DNA of 64,000 nt. Origin: Pecten maximus (lineage: Eukaryota). Position 1 is the stretch's first letter, and each line of letters opens with the position of its first letter. The notes under the pieces are model-generated. The model was not told the origin of the DNA and did not search any database. It saw only the letters and a program-made list of their open reading frames with translations. Shown here in pieces: positions 1-13,420 of the stretch. The stretch lies in contig NC_047022.1 in NCBI RefSeq assembly GCF_902652985.1, positions 16,120,001 through 16,184,000 of the forward strand, given 5' to 3'. The position numbers and the translations under genes are program-made.

Positions 1-1042
1 TCATTTTGTACTCCCGTTTTGTCTTTCATTTAATAAACGTTACTATTTGATAATTGTCCTTACTGATTTTTAACTTAAACTATCTTACTTCGACTTTTAT
101 TTTTGCGACAACAAAAGCAAAGCAACCGTGATCAAATTAAAATTTGATGTAGACACAGCAATGAAAATAAACTAAATGAAATACGAATACAATATCCGCC
201 ATGTGATATAAGCAGGACTTGTACACGTAAGAAGTAACATATACTACATTAGTCATTGAATATGCAATGTCACAAGAAGTCGACGAAATATCGAAAACAC
301 CCCAAAAAATATATCATAGCTTCCAAATGCCAGCAATGGCCAGTCATGGGAAGAACAAACAGATTGCCAATCATGATGCTTAGAGCATGTGGATCACTTG
401 TTTTTTCCACATCAAGAATGGCGTCGTAACATCTGCATTTTTTCCAGGTAAATAAAAAAGACGTGTATGCTCTCACAATCTTAAATAATACAAACAAATA
501 GTGGTTGGATTTATCTGATTTTGAACCAACTCCTGTTACGTAGCATAGGTTTGATACGACCATTGCAGGCTAACTAGGTAGAATGCCTCGGTTATCTATT
601 ATTATCTCTAATAAATAAGAGTTCCAATTTGTTACTTTAAAGAATGGAGTTTCTTCCCTATTTGGAGTCATGGGTCTGATTGTGATAATGTTTTAATGTT
701 TAGGAACTCTCTTAAGTGCTGTGAACAGTCAATCCATGAAAGTAATTTTTCAGACCTTGTTCTCTTTCCGGCTTGTGGTTACTTTGACTACTGTGTTCGT
801 TGTTAAAATGATAAATTAGTAAACCGAATGTTATTCTTATTTTGCTGGGCAATAATAAAAACATTTAAAACTCTTTAGATGACAAGCATTTAAAAGGTTT
901 TTTTATTGTCTTCTTCAACAAAGCTTCGATGTGCACAATTAGGGACCTTCGTCCACCTAGTGTAATACGTGACCGGTTTCTTTGGTAAGTCGTAAAACAT
1001 CAGAGGTAAAGTAAGCGGAGTCTGCAGCCCTTTATTATAGAG

Positions 1043-2100
1043 TTGCGTAAGATGGCGTAGGGTGACGTATATTGGCGTAGGGTGGCGTATGTTGGTGTAG
1101 GGTGACGTATGTTGGTGTAGGGTGGCGTAGGGTGGCGTGTGTTGGCGTAGGCTGGCGTAAGATGGCATAGGGTGGCATATGTTGGTGTAGGGTGGCATAT
1201 GTTGGTGTAGGGTGGCATATGTTGGTGTAGGGTGGCATATGTTGGTGTAGGGTGGCGTATGTTGGCGTAGGGTGGCATATGTTGGTGTAGGGTGGCGTAT
1301 GCTGGCGTAGGGTGGCGTATGTTGGCGTAGGGTGGCGTAAGATGGCATAGGGTGGCATATGTTGGTGTAGGGTGGCGTATGTTGGCGTAGGGTGGCGTAT
1401 GTTGGTGTAGGGTGGCGTAGGGTGGCGTGTGTTGGCGTAGGCTGGCGTAAGATGGCATAGGGTGGCGTATGTTGGCGTAGGGTGGCGTATGCTGGCGTAG
1501 GGTGGCGTATGTTGGCGTAGGGTGGCGTAAGATGGCATAGGGTGGCATATGTTGGTGTAGGGTGGCGTATGTTGGCGTAGGGTGGCGTATGTTGGTGTAG
1601 GGTGGCGTAGGGTGGCGTGTGTTGGCGTAGGCTGGCGTAAGATGGCATAGGGTGGCGTATGTTGGCGTAGGGTGGCGTATGTTGGCGTAGGGTGGCGTAT
1701 GTTGGCGTAGGGTGGCGTATGTTGGTGTAGGCTGGCGTAAGATGGCATAGGGTGGCGTATGTTGGCGTAGGGTGGCGTAAGATGGCATAGGGTGGCGTAT
1801 GTTGGCGTAGGGTGGCGTATGTTGGCGTAGGGTGGCGTAAGATGGCATAGGGTGACATATGTTGGCGTAGGGTGGCGTATGTTGGCGTAGGGTGGCGTAT
1901 GTTGGTGTAGGGTGGCGTATGTTGGCGTAGGGTGGCGTATGTTGGCGTAGGGTGGCGTATGTTGGCGTAGGGTGGCGTATGTTGGCGTATGTTGGCGTAG
2001 GGTGACGTATGTTGGCGTAGGGTGGCGTATGTTTGCGTAGGGTGGCGTATGTTGGCGTAGGGTGGCGTAGGGTGACGTATGTTGGCGTAGGGTGACGCAA
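1043..2100. repeat. G-rich minisatellite of 10-bp subunits (GGTGGCGTAT / GTTGGCGTAG) paired into a 20-bp unit, with variants GATGGCATAG and GCTGGCGTAA
   Basis: About 105 consecutive 10-mers are visible directly; they explain the three overlapping minus-strand 'YATLRQHTPP' ORFs. Confidence 0.97.
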
Positions 2101-3039
2101 TATTGCTCGTAGGTGGTTTTGTGATTTGTCGGCTCCACTGAAAGTGAAAAGACCTCCAGGAAAAATGAGACACAGTTTAAAGTTAATATATATTGTTACA
2201 CAGACTGAAGTTTGCATATATAATTTCCAATTTTATAATATCCTATCATTTGGTCCAAATATTTGTCAGGAATGACATGCATGATACTGTAAACTGTTAT
2301 TTTCAGTTTTCTATATCTCTCTCAAGAGTACAACATGAAATACAAATACAAAATGTATTGTATAAAGCCTTTCCAAGGGTGAATTTACAGTATACATTAG
2401 TTTTGATCTGTAGTAAAATTGCAAGAGGCCCATGGGCCTTAATGGACAACTGATATGCATACTGAGTAGCAGTATAGAGGTTGACAACAACTGGGATTTT
2501 ACCATACTGTATGTTTACCATGCCACCGTTTTGGATTACAAAGCAACCCGAACATAACACACTTGGACAGGAATGTCTCGGGATCATTTCAGGCAAGGTT
2601 GTGCTAAATCACACAGGTGGAACACGGAAAGTTTAAAATAGGTTTTGTTCAGGAAAACCATGATTGCAAAATCATGTTAAAAAATGGCTGCTGTGACTGA
2701 CTAGTTTTTATGAGGCCGAAAATAATAACTCTTTGTCGACTTCCCCACATCCCCACTAATTTCCAGCTCGGTGGTACCACTGAAAATTGAGAAGTTTGAA
2801 ATGTGAAAAGTAAACGTACGCCGGACGGCGAAGGACGAAGCGTGATCAGAAATGTCAGATGCTAAAAACAGCAAAGTTATGATTAAGCTCATTAAGTTAA
2901 ATATATCTGTCTTCATTATATATAGATATATTTTCTTCATTGTTTTATATTGTGCTTTTCCTTTAATATGAAACAGCTTATTCTGGTTTCTCATTTATGT
3001 GTTAGTATTAACTGTTCAATAAACGTATAACACTCAATG

Positions 3040-3900
3040 AGGATTTATAATCGTCGATACCAAAATCAATATTATAGTGAGGAGAACCCAATTCCTGTAT
3101 CAATATATGTATGTACCGGTCATTAAGTTCCAACAGAGGACGAAATATGGACATTTCCACTCTTCCTTGTTTCTAGCAGAACATCAGGAATTGAACTATC
3201 TACAACATCGTCCTGGAAGTGTTGTTATGTACGTCAACACCAACTGTGTTTTATAATTGACCTGCAACCCAAGTACTTGTGGAGTTGTCTTCACAGCTCT
3301 CATTCCATTCTATTATCATCCCATGCATTGGCCCATACACATAGCATTATGTTATAACAGTCCAGGATCCTTTGATCTTCCATATATTAAAATATTGTGT
3401 AAAACAGAACACCTTAATACATATCACGCTACAAACATTCCATACTCTGATTGTGGGTACCCTTCCCCGTTATCATGGCGGTGGTTAATCCCTTTTTCAG
3501 ACAGCCTGTAGTTTCCCGTATTGACATATATACACCTTTGACTGAGCGGACCCTGTGTGACTCATATTTTCATTCACCAGATAAAAACGTCGAAACAAAG
3601 TTACAGATTTGTTGTTGCCATAGCATTTCAAAAACAAAAGCTTCCTACTAAAACCGTCAATGCCGCCTACAAACCGTCATCGAACAAGCTATTAATGTAT
3701 ATGTGATACAGGTGATTGGGTGCCACACCATTATACACACGTCTGTGGACCCATCCTTTACTCCTTATGCGATGCAAGGAATCCCGGAGACGCCATATTT
3801 GACTTTAATACCTTGCTGAAACAACATTTGCTTTATATAAGCGTTGTGAGCCCACATGGATTGACATATCATCATCAACATCAAGACTCCTCGATAAGGG
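3040..3900 (-). mobile_element. Degenerate IS3EU-type DNA transposase (integrase-like DDE core), pseudogenised
   Basis: Manual minus-strand translation across frameshifts gives QQGIKV..WRLRDSLHRI..VHRRVYNGVAPNHLYHI..GGIDGFSRKLLFLKCYGNNKSVT..HRVRS.KG..MITGKGTHNQ..TTPQ..FGIDDY. This matches the RRVYxVxGPNxLWHxD / GGIDGFSR / GxSTHNQRIE / YGID motif order I recall for IS3EU transposases. Confidence 0.75.
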
Positions 3901-4769
3901 AAGATGTCATTTAGAAAGTTTGGAACTGTGTGACTTCTAGTGAAAACCTGTCATCAAGTCGACACCGACCATCGGACGTTTCAGGCCAGCCAGTATTCTA
4001 CCATATCTACATATATCTTATACTGTTTATGTTAGATCATTGAGCCGACCAGCGAACATGGCTGACGTTGTAGTCAAAAACATTGAGTAATTTATTCTCG
4101 ATCTGTTTTATTCATCTTACTTAAAATACGTGATGGTCCTAAGTTTACTGCCTCGATTAAAGACTAAAATTCAGAAGAGCGAAAATTGGAAACATGATAG
4201 ATCGTCCAACATAGTTACCCTCTACGACACGAGAGTTTACATTGCCTCTATCAAAAGCCTTACTATAGGTCTGTCAGAGGCAGTGTACTTTACGATCTAC
4301 AAGCATGTACAACGAGTTTGGTAGGTCAATGTCTAATTTCCGACGGAATATTTACGAGTTATCTCCCCTTACACAGTATCATGGACATGGTTGGGATTGA
4401 TCTGTACACTGTTAATCAGTAATATAAATAGTAGTGTCATCAGATAGTTTTGGCATTCAAGGGTTTCAGTGTATTTTAACACTTGCATTCAACGTTTACA
4501 GATATAAAATTTAACTTGACTCTGAAAATGCTTACAATAGTTGTTCTGACCATAAATGGTTAGTATTCTTTTACAGGCCTTGAAAGGGTTACAGTTGATT
4601 TTGTAGTGAATTTAAATGGTCATCGTTAATATTACACAGTTAATTATTTTGCACTTGCCTTAAATGGTTACAGTTAATTCCAAACTGGCCTTAAATTAAT
4701 GTTTGTATTAGTACTAGGCACATTTTTATACCTTTACACGCTTTACAAGATTTCTACATCTAATTTAAA

Positions 4770-5790
4770 ACATGAGGCCCACAACGAATAGGCCGCCCGC
4801 CAGACGGCATCAGACCATTCGCACAGACTCTATAGCTGAAGAATGGAGCACGTGGATGCAAACCCATGTCACAAAATGTTTTAGACACTAATACATCTGT
4901 ACCATTGGAACCAATGCAAGATTTGCAACACTTGGGGAATGAGGAGTTTCAAAAAGGTGTTGATGTTGAAGAAGCTAGACGCCTTATGCAACAGCAGCCA
5001 AGGACCACAAGTGACAAAATCTTGCTTGTGCAGCAGAAACAAATACAGTCACTAATAAGTAATAGTGCATGCTCTACTTCTTCAAATGATTCCATACGTA
5101 CAGTGCTCAGCCTTGATAATGTATATAATATTGCACCAACGTTACCGTTAACATCCACTGCCCCTCGAGATGACATACCAGCTTTTACCTCCTCGTCCAT
5201 TCCTTTATCAAAATTAGTTTAAGCCAACATTAAGGCAAAACTCTGGGCAGGGTGATGTGTCCATCTCAGTTCTTTGGAAAACGAGGAGCAAAACAATGCT
5301 ATGGAGATGGTAGGTTAACAAAACGAGGATGGGATTGTCGACTGAGCAGTATGTGTCAAAGACGAAAGCCTCGTCCGTTGAACAATGAACAACCCTATTT
5401 CATTTATTTGTGTCTATTTACTGTCGAACGTTACAAGGGATTTTTAAGTCCTAATAAAGTATGCGTCATTGGTCAGAAATATTGCCAAAAAAACAGTGAA
5501 ATTGGCCTATTAGGACCATCTTTTAGCCGCCTTAAATCCGAAGACCACACAAAACTATAGGAAAATGTAGAATGGGAATGGTGGCATGATGATATGGTCA
5601 AGCAAAATAAGGCCTGAAAAGCCTCAACAACTCATGGGCGGGCTCCATCCAATCTCAAGGGATTCCCTAAAGGGTATTGTTGGAAATCCTTGGACAGGTG
5701 TTTGTACTCTAGTGGATGAAACATCAATACTACTATATTTGTTTTCGAAAGGTCATCCTCTTGCACAGACATACACACAATGAAGGTGAT
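4770..5790 (+). mobile_element. Degenerate Gag-like ORF1 of a DIRS/Ngaro tyrosine-recombinase retrotransposon
   Basis: Frame-broken motifs IPLSKLV*ANIKAKLWAG*CV (cf. IKxKIWxGEYV), KYASLVRNIAKK, DHLFSRL..VEWEWW (cf. YDxxFR..W..W) and PKGYCWK. The ORF-track entries at 4866, 5252 and 5586 are pieces of it. Confidence 0.6.
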
Positions 5791-6654
5791 TCAGGTAGCT
5801 GATGTTCATGTCACCTACTGCAATTCGGGAACAACAAACATATAATTGACATTTATCAATACAAACATTCAACAGGTATTCCCTCAACAATCACTTTGTC
5901 AGTAACTAATGATCCCCAAGGTTTGTCCTATAGCCTTACTTTTATCGTAGATAAGTACCCGGGGGCCGCAGCCCAACAATTCATATATTGTTAAAACACG
6001 CAAGTTGTTAACGCGGAAAGCCTTCGATAATGAATCGTGGGTCCTGACTCTCACTTTTTTGTAAAAACCTAACAATTTTTGATACATTACAAATTGTAAC
6101 ACAAAGATGGATACTTTCAGCGCGTGGGTCCTGACTGTCTCCTTAGTTCAACTAACTCGGGTATAATTTTAACATTTTTAACAACTAGATGGATAACATG
6201 TTAGAGCGGTATACTTTCAATGCTGCTCGGGTGGCGGATGAATGATATGCAAACATATCGGTCATTTTGGCGTAATTTTGCCGCTCACCTTTGCTTTTTA
6301 TGTATATGTATGCGTTTTTAAGTTCCTTTCAATAAATGATACTTAAGGCCACCCACAGGTGAGCCCAAATATTTTGCCATAATTCTGTGTCATTGTTATC
6401 TGTATTTCAGGTATATATTTCACAGTAAAAAATGGTATCTTGGAGAAGAGGACTGAGTACTTCCTAGACACGGGACACAGAGCAAAAATGTTAGTGTATA
6501 TACAGGTACACAAATGGACAAGGAGAAAAAAATTATTGGTCAGTGATCTGCTATCACACAGCCTCGCCTACATGATTAGAACCTGGTATAAATATATTTA
6601 TAGAGTCCGGGCTTTACCTTTGTACTATTTATTATAACCCGGATATCTGTATGT

Positions 6655-6735
6655 AGCCCGAGTTTCCGGCATCAGACATGGCGTCATGACCAGAGCAAAC
6701 TTTGTCTGATGTCAGGACCAGGGGAAACTCGGGCT
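6655..6735. repeat. Nested inverted repeat (AGCCCGAGTTTCC...GGAAACTCGGGCT; inner CATCAGACA...TGTCTGATG), probable MITE core
   Basis: 13-bp perfect outer arms and 9-bp inner arms read directly. Confidence 0.6.
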
Positions 6736-8031
6736 GATCCGTAAAGTGAACCATAGGTACCCTGTACATGTGCTATTCATGTATATAGCATCATATTCAT
6801 TTATTGTTCAGTTACAGTGGCAAGTAGTGTGTTAGATGGAGACAAGGTTGATTAGGCACAGAAGGATGGAAGAAAAGACGAACACAACACATATGCACCG
6901 ATATGCCTTCGTGGGGAAAGTAAACTCAACTGACATTGTCCTGAGTTGGAGTCGAACCCCACACCGCTTTTAAAAGCGTTCTGCAGTCAATGCTCGACTC
7001 CTGCTAACACCTTGAGATCACATCTTACTGATGGTGGGCAAACAAAACGACCATCTAGTGAAATGCCCTAGAATTATGTGGCATACAGTAGCTCTTTTAC
7101 AGTAGTAAAGTCTAGTCATATCTGCTGCCTTGCTTCCAAATATCACCATCAGCATCTCCATCAGAAATGGCGGTAATAACATGGCAAAAAGTGACCCCGC
7201 AAAAAGTTCCGTTCACTTCGGATTCGCGAAGACGCTTGACAGTATCGTATCGAAGGTATACTGAAGTTATGCAATAATATAATGGTATGCTGCAATCATA
7301 TCAAGATGTATGGTAGGCCTATGTGAGTGTTTGATTTAGTCCTTTTGTAACATGGTTAAAAATGAATATGGAAACGACCTTGACAGATATCTTATATGTA
7401 CAGGAAGGGATTGCGAAATTAAATGTTAATTGAACGTGAAAGAATAAGCATACTGTACATCAAGTCCATTAGTGTCAATATTCGGTGATAGGGACCGTCT
7501 GGCAATATGACATGTGCGTATATTGAGAGGAACATGGTCCGTAATAAATAACTATTGATGTATATCAGGTATAGAAGTGAATCAGGTAACAATCAATTAA
7601 CAATACATCGCTAGCTAACAATAATGTTAGAGTGGGGGTACGTAATTCCGCACACTTTCGGTAGACATTTAAATATATTTCCATCAAATCAATTTCAAAT
7701 CGAGATAGAATACCTCATATTGTTAGATGTACATGTACGAATGCTTCGTACAGTATAACATACAAGTGTGTAACTTGCTATGCGCACACATATCACTGCG
7801 CATGGGAGCTGTTGTTAACTTGTGTTTATTGCTGGGTTTGAAGACGATCGGGAACGTGATTCGCACACCCATCTAACTTCTTTAATTTTGTTGGTAAATA
7901 TAGTTTTCAGCCTTTTTGTAGACAAACAACATCCTAAACTATGATTAAGCAATATACCATGATTAAAATAATCTTTAAAAAAAATTATTAAGAATTGGAA
8001 AGTGTCAATTTACCGCATTCTTTTACTTTAA

Positions 8032-8108
8032 CCCTTTCAACCCTAAGAAACTGAATGAACTCTACCATTCATTAATGAAGTCCAATATGGTCACTATGGA
8101 TGAAGGGG
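8032..8108. mobile_element. Tiny (77 bp) piggyBac-type MITE
   Basis: Flanked by TTAA on both sides (8028-8031, 8109-8112); termini CCCTTTCA...TGAAGGGG. Confidence 0.65.
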
Positions 8109-11100
8109 TTAAATAATGAACGCTCCCTACGGAGGTAATGTAAACAAGGCGGCGAAAATGACAGAGTGTCTGCAGGTCAACGCTGTTATTAGTTATACTT
8201 TAGTGTGTTTGTATTCAGGTTTTATGATAATCTTATCAAACTACAGTTTCCTTAAAAATTCACATCCATATCAACAACAAGAATAATTTTAAATAAAATA
8301 TTTAATCATCCAGTATCCATTTTATCGGAATAGTGTCGTATCAATTAAATTTAAACTTAATCTGAAAAGATTTAAAATGCCAAATTTCCATTAAAGTCTG
8401 GCATTAGTCATCATATAAACAAAGAAGCACAGTCCTCAACCACTTAGAGGGAAAACGCAAAACATCGTCAGGTGTGCGAAATTACGTACCCATTTTCTAA
8501 ACATGACAATGTCGCTATAATACAACAATAGGCAACTTTTCAACAACTGATTGAGTTCTCCCAATCTCTCATATACTACAATAGATTTTGCATGGAGAAA
8601 ATATTCATGTTTATCATTTACTGTTTATAATAATAATCCTCTAATTTGTTTCCCTAAATATTTCCAGTTTATGAAAATTGACTTTAGATATATTACGTTT
8701 CGTCGAGTAAAGCGTATTAATTTGTCAGCAAGGCAACATATCCTTCCTCGAGAACAGCTGCGTACCAACAGATTACAAAGGTACATTTTAAAATATATTG
8801 TTACGTCCTATTGCATAATCATATAGTTACTGTTACATGTGCATATTTACATGCCACGTGCGCGCATAATTGACAATTTCAATTTCAATTTCAATGACAC
8901 AGAGCAGACAATGTGTTATTTACATAACCCTTAGGCATATTGACATGTAATCAAACATCACTTAAAAATCACGTGTATGATATCAATTAATCTTTAGTCC
9001 TAAGAGACTAACGAACGATAGAACGAAAATTAGAAATGGGAAATTATTTATCTTATTTGAATATAGTCCCACATGCTATAAACATTTAACAACATGTACA
9101 CAGGGAAAAATAGAATTATAAACTTATAGCATTAATTGCAATAAAAATGGTAAACTAGAACTAGAGATCACAAGTTTACACAGCGAATTCAAAACGTTAA
9201 ACACCTGTACATGAATATCACATCTGCGCACAAGAGCAATCAATCTCACTTGATCCGGAGGTAGAGATTAATTGCCTATTGCATCACATGTAATAAATCA
9301 ACATTAAACTATTATTGCTGTAACATGCATTAAATGTTATTTACATGTCCCGTACATGTCAAATTATTTTGGACTAAATTATACAGGTGGGATATTGAAA
9401 TACAACTAAGATAAAGATTACAAAACTGATGTCAGTTGTACTGTATTGCAGGGCAACAGTACTGCTATTTGAAAGTTGGCATTAAAATGTCAATGCAGAA
9501 ATCTACACCTCAGTATATTTAGATGTATGTGAAATAGAAACTGGTGTAGCATATCAAAACACAAGCCGATTACTTGTTTTAAATATTAGTCCAGTAATGA
9601 GGATATTTTTATAACATTTAGGGCTTTAAAGTAAATTTTAAATGTTATTCATGACATACTTGTTTAGCTGTCAACTTTCAGTTCTTCATTTGCATAAATA
9701 AAATGTTTAGCGCCTTAGATGTGTTCTATTAAAGTGTAAAATACTTTATATCGATTCTATGTATATCATTTAAATAATATTTGTGATAGATCCATATGGA
9801 AATAGAACATCTTTGACACTTTGCTCACAAGCGTGTAAATATCGACACAGACATTTGAAATGTAACATGCAGTATTTGACACTTGACTCACAATTGTACA
9901 AAAATCGACACAGTCGCTATTTCATTTAACATAAAGATGAAGTAGGCAGGAAAATAACATCAGATAATAGAATATTAAATAATTCATTGCGAAGGTAGAA
10001 AATACAACTTGGGGAAATGTATTTATATTGAAATCATGTTCCTGATATTCAACTAAAGCATTGTTAAAATACACACAAATGATTAGCATTTTGAATATGA
10101 ATTTAATATTAAATGATAATTATAAATATGTAGCGATGCTAGGAACCAATGACATGACTATCTAAAAGGCAAGTCAAGAAAATTAGATACAGTTACACAT
10201 CATTTACAACAAATAATATCTTAAACATGCTTCATATTAAAAAAAAATTGCGTAACAGCAGCATGTGTATGCATTCAGGATACTGATTATAATATTTCGA
10301 GGTTTAGTTTAACAAAATTGATAATATGAATAATAAAACATACTTTCTACAAATCGTGTACACAAGTAGGGCATGTCTATCGTAAAACAGTCGGTTATTC
10401 GTGTTTAGGTGATAGCTGTCTTAAAATAAACATAACCAATTTCTGATCTGTTTTTAATGATATTTTAATGATATATTTTCGATCCTATTTAGAGAATTGA
10501 CCATGTCGACAGTTTAGATATAAATAGTATACAGAAATATTTGAGTTATCGCTCTTAGCAAATACAGGATAACAAAGCTGAACAGGAGTTACCTCCCCTA
10601 ACTTAACTTCTATTCCGTACATTTATGTCATTATACTTTTGCCGCGTTCATTAACTCGTTAATTATTAAAAAATACTCAATGATGTACTTTGTTGTTTGC
10701 CATATGAATCTATATTAAGATATACATACGTCACACCAATGAGAAATATTTGTTCGTGACAACAGCTGGTTACATTTTTTATGTCAGTTGGCTCATGTCC
10801 AGACCCCCGTCGTTCAAAACTGGGTTACATACAATGTAGCTCGACAGATCGTTAATACAAAAGATATATATAAGAAAAATCATAGGAAATATCTTTCAAA
10901 CATACCTTTTGTACATTTTCGTTTGATGTCAATCATTTCAGATCCATGTGCAGGTAAGCTCTGATTTCTAGATTTTTTTTTTTTTTTTTTGATATTCAAA
11001 ATGGTAGATTTTATGTTATTTCGCGTTAAGCTATTCGGAACACGAGAAGAATTTGGCAACAAGGGGAAATGTTTACAATATATCACACCTTAGCCTTGAC

Positions 11101-11231
11101 CTTGTCAAAGACCATGCATGTGTGCTTAAAAAACGCTTCGCCACGTGGCCAAGTCGGCGTTAAAGAAAAATATTGTAAACACAATGTACATGTACTATAT
11201 ATTTATAAAGAATGAGTTAAATGTGTAATAG

Positions 11232-11590
11232 AGATAGAGGATATTGAACAGTTTCCTGTTGAATATAACATTTATTTCACGAGTATGACAGAATATCGAT
11301 ATTTTCACGAGTGCGAAGCACCAGTGAAAAATATCGAAATATTCTGTCATACGAGTGACATATTTAAGAAATACAGAAAAATAACAGATTTATCTATCTT
11401 CGCTTCGATTGGACTAATCAGCAAGTTTCAATGAGGTGAATACAAAGATTCCCTCTGATTGGTCAAAAACGAAAAACTTATATTTTTACTGCAAAATTTT
11501 CATTTTCACTGCTCATTTCTGCTGTGAAATATACATTTTATTAGTTTGATAAAATTCTATATTTCACTGGCAAAAATCCAATAAAAAAGT
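11232..11590. mobile_element. Non-autonomous hairpin-bearing repeat (Crypton-like), with an 82-nt palindrome at 11277-11358
   Basis: TCACGAGTATGACAGAATAT..GT-GCGAAGC-AC..ATATTCTGTCATACGAGTGA. The hairpin is seen directly; the family assignment and outer boundaries are inference. Confidence 0.5.
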
Positions 11591-13116
11591 TGTTCTTTTT
11601 CGGCAAAAACTGATGTATAACAGGAACACATTGTTATCCAGACAGATTTATCCCTAAACAATCAGCTCCAATCCTAGATCGAGATGACTTATTTGCATGT
11701 AACATATCACCTATGAAACACAAAGTATCACGAAGGAAAACGTATTCGGCTACTGCAAAGTGGGAAATATCTAATTTACAAATATTATTTGCCACCACAA
11801 GAAAATTGAGCTGTTAAATGTTGACATTACTCAGATTTAGTCAGTCAAATGTATACTCTTTACTAATAGCTAAACTACCTTCGTTATGTGATAAACAGCA
11901 TCTTACACTCGTTTCCAATTATCATAAACTTCACTTGTCACGGTTTTAACTTTCCATTTACCGAGCCGCTTTTATTAATATCATCATTATGTGATGTAGA
12001 CTCATGCAACATCTTTTACAAAGTTCTATTTATAGATATACAGTATAAGTACATATAAGTGTATATATTTAGAATGATAGGCCTCTCTCCCCATTTAAGC
12101 ACCCTAATGTATAAACGATGTTTTCCTACCGGGTTTCTAAAATCGTGGATGTTTTGCTGACCTATATCCCACTAACAATTAATCAGTGTCGTCATTACGT
12201 CACGTTGGATTTGTAAGATTCAACCATGGGCACATGGGGCAACATATTTTTCTCATTTTGTATTTTAATCTGTATATCAAACGTTCAACAACAACAAAAC
12301 ACATCCTTGGCTATACTCTGGAGTTTTGTGAATATTATACATGTAAATGTATTAATCAAAATTCTTGTTATGTATGTAAAAGGAATCAAAATTCAATGTT
12401 TATTTGTTAAAAGAAATCACCTTATACATAAGCATATTTACAGCATAGCAATGCAAGATTGCCTAATATTAGAACATTATAATATACATTGGTAGCAGCA
12501 ATGCTTCTAGATTCAGTATACAAACTTATCAGATTGTACGTACATAACTGTAATTCATGAAAAAAACAGTAAAGTAAAGGCGTTTCACAAGTCATATGTT
12601 CAGAAATGAGAAGTACAGTCATACTGGGTATTCATACAGTAATTCATAACTTCATATTCATCCAATTCATAACCTTCACGGAAATGACCGAGATCGTACG
12701 ATTGGTGTTATAGTAGGTAGACACCAACAGTGCCATTGTATTAGAATACAAATACTTTTATATTACATTTCTGATCAAAGGTATAATTAAAACACTACGA
12801 TTCGTCTTCTTAATTGACAAATAGACATTAATATTCTCGTAAAAGCAAAACGAAACACCTGGTGTTCTAATGACAAAATACTGTTTACACTAACAGCATT
12901 GAAAACTGAAAAAAAAAAATGAAGGCAATCTGATCGACACAGCCATTTATCACTTTGTTTTGTCTAAAAAAAAAACGAAAACAAAACAAAAACAATTCAA
13001 TGCCTGTTTTCATTTCTTCCAATTTTTGCATCTAAACCACGGTTACTGAAATTTGATATATTTTGAAATATTTTCACTTGGTGTTATCAATTTGTACATC
13101 GTTTATAGAAGTCCAT

Positions 13117-13420
13117 GAGATTTCTAGGTGCTAAACCATATAGGTTGACTCTGATGCCTTGGAGATTTCTGGATACTAAGCTCTGTTGGTAGAATCTAAG
13201 ACTTTTAGATTTCTGGGTGCTAAGCCCTGTTTGGAAGCTTTTATTCCTTAGAGATTACTGGGTCCTAATTAAGCCCTGCTAGTTGATTTTAATTATTTTG
13301 ATATTGCTATGTGATACGCTCTATTGGCTGAATTTACGTCCTTTGATATTGGTGGGTGCTAAGCCTTGCTGGTTGACCTCGATTTATTTAAGGTGCTTAG
13401 CTTTGCTGGTAGACTTAATC
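13117..13420. repeat. Degenerate ~45-bp tandem repeat (GAGATTTCTGGGTGCTAAGCC core), about 6-7 copies
   Basis: Core recurs at ~13117, 13162, 13207 and 13251, and more weakly downstream. Confidence 0.65.

Noticed and set aside
1043-2100. Possible CRISPR array or telomeric repeat
   Set aside because: No unique spacers and no TTAGGG unit; eukaryotic context.
890-2217. Three long minus-strand ORFs (367-427 aa) of repeated YATLRQHTPP
   Set aside because: All three frames are open and give the same peptide because the 10/20-bp unit is not a multiple of 3. This is a minisatellite artefact.
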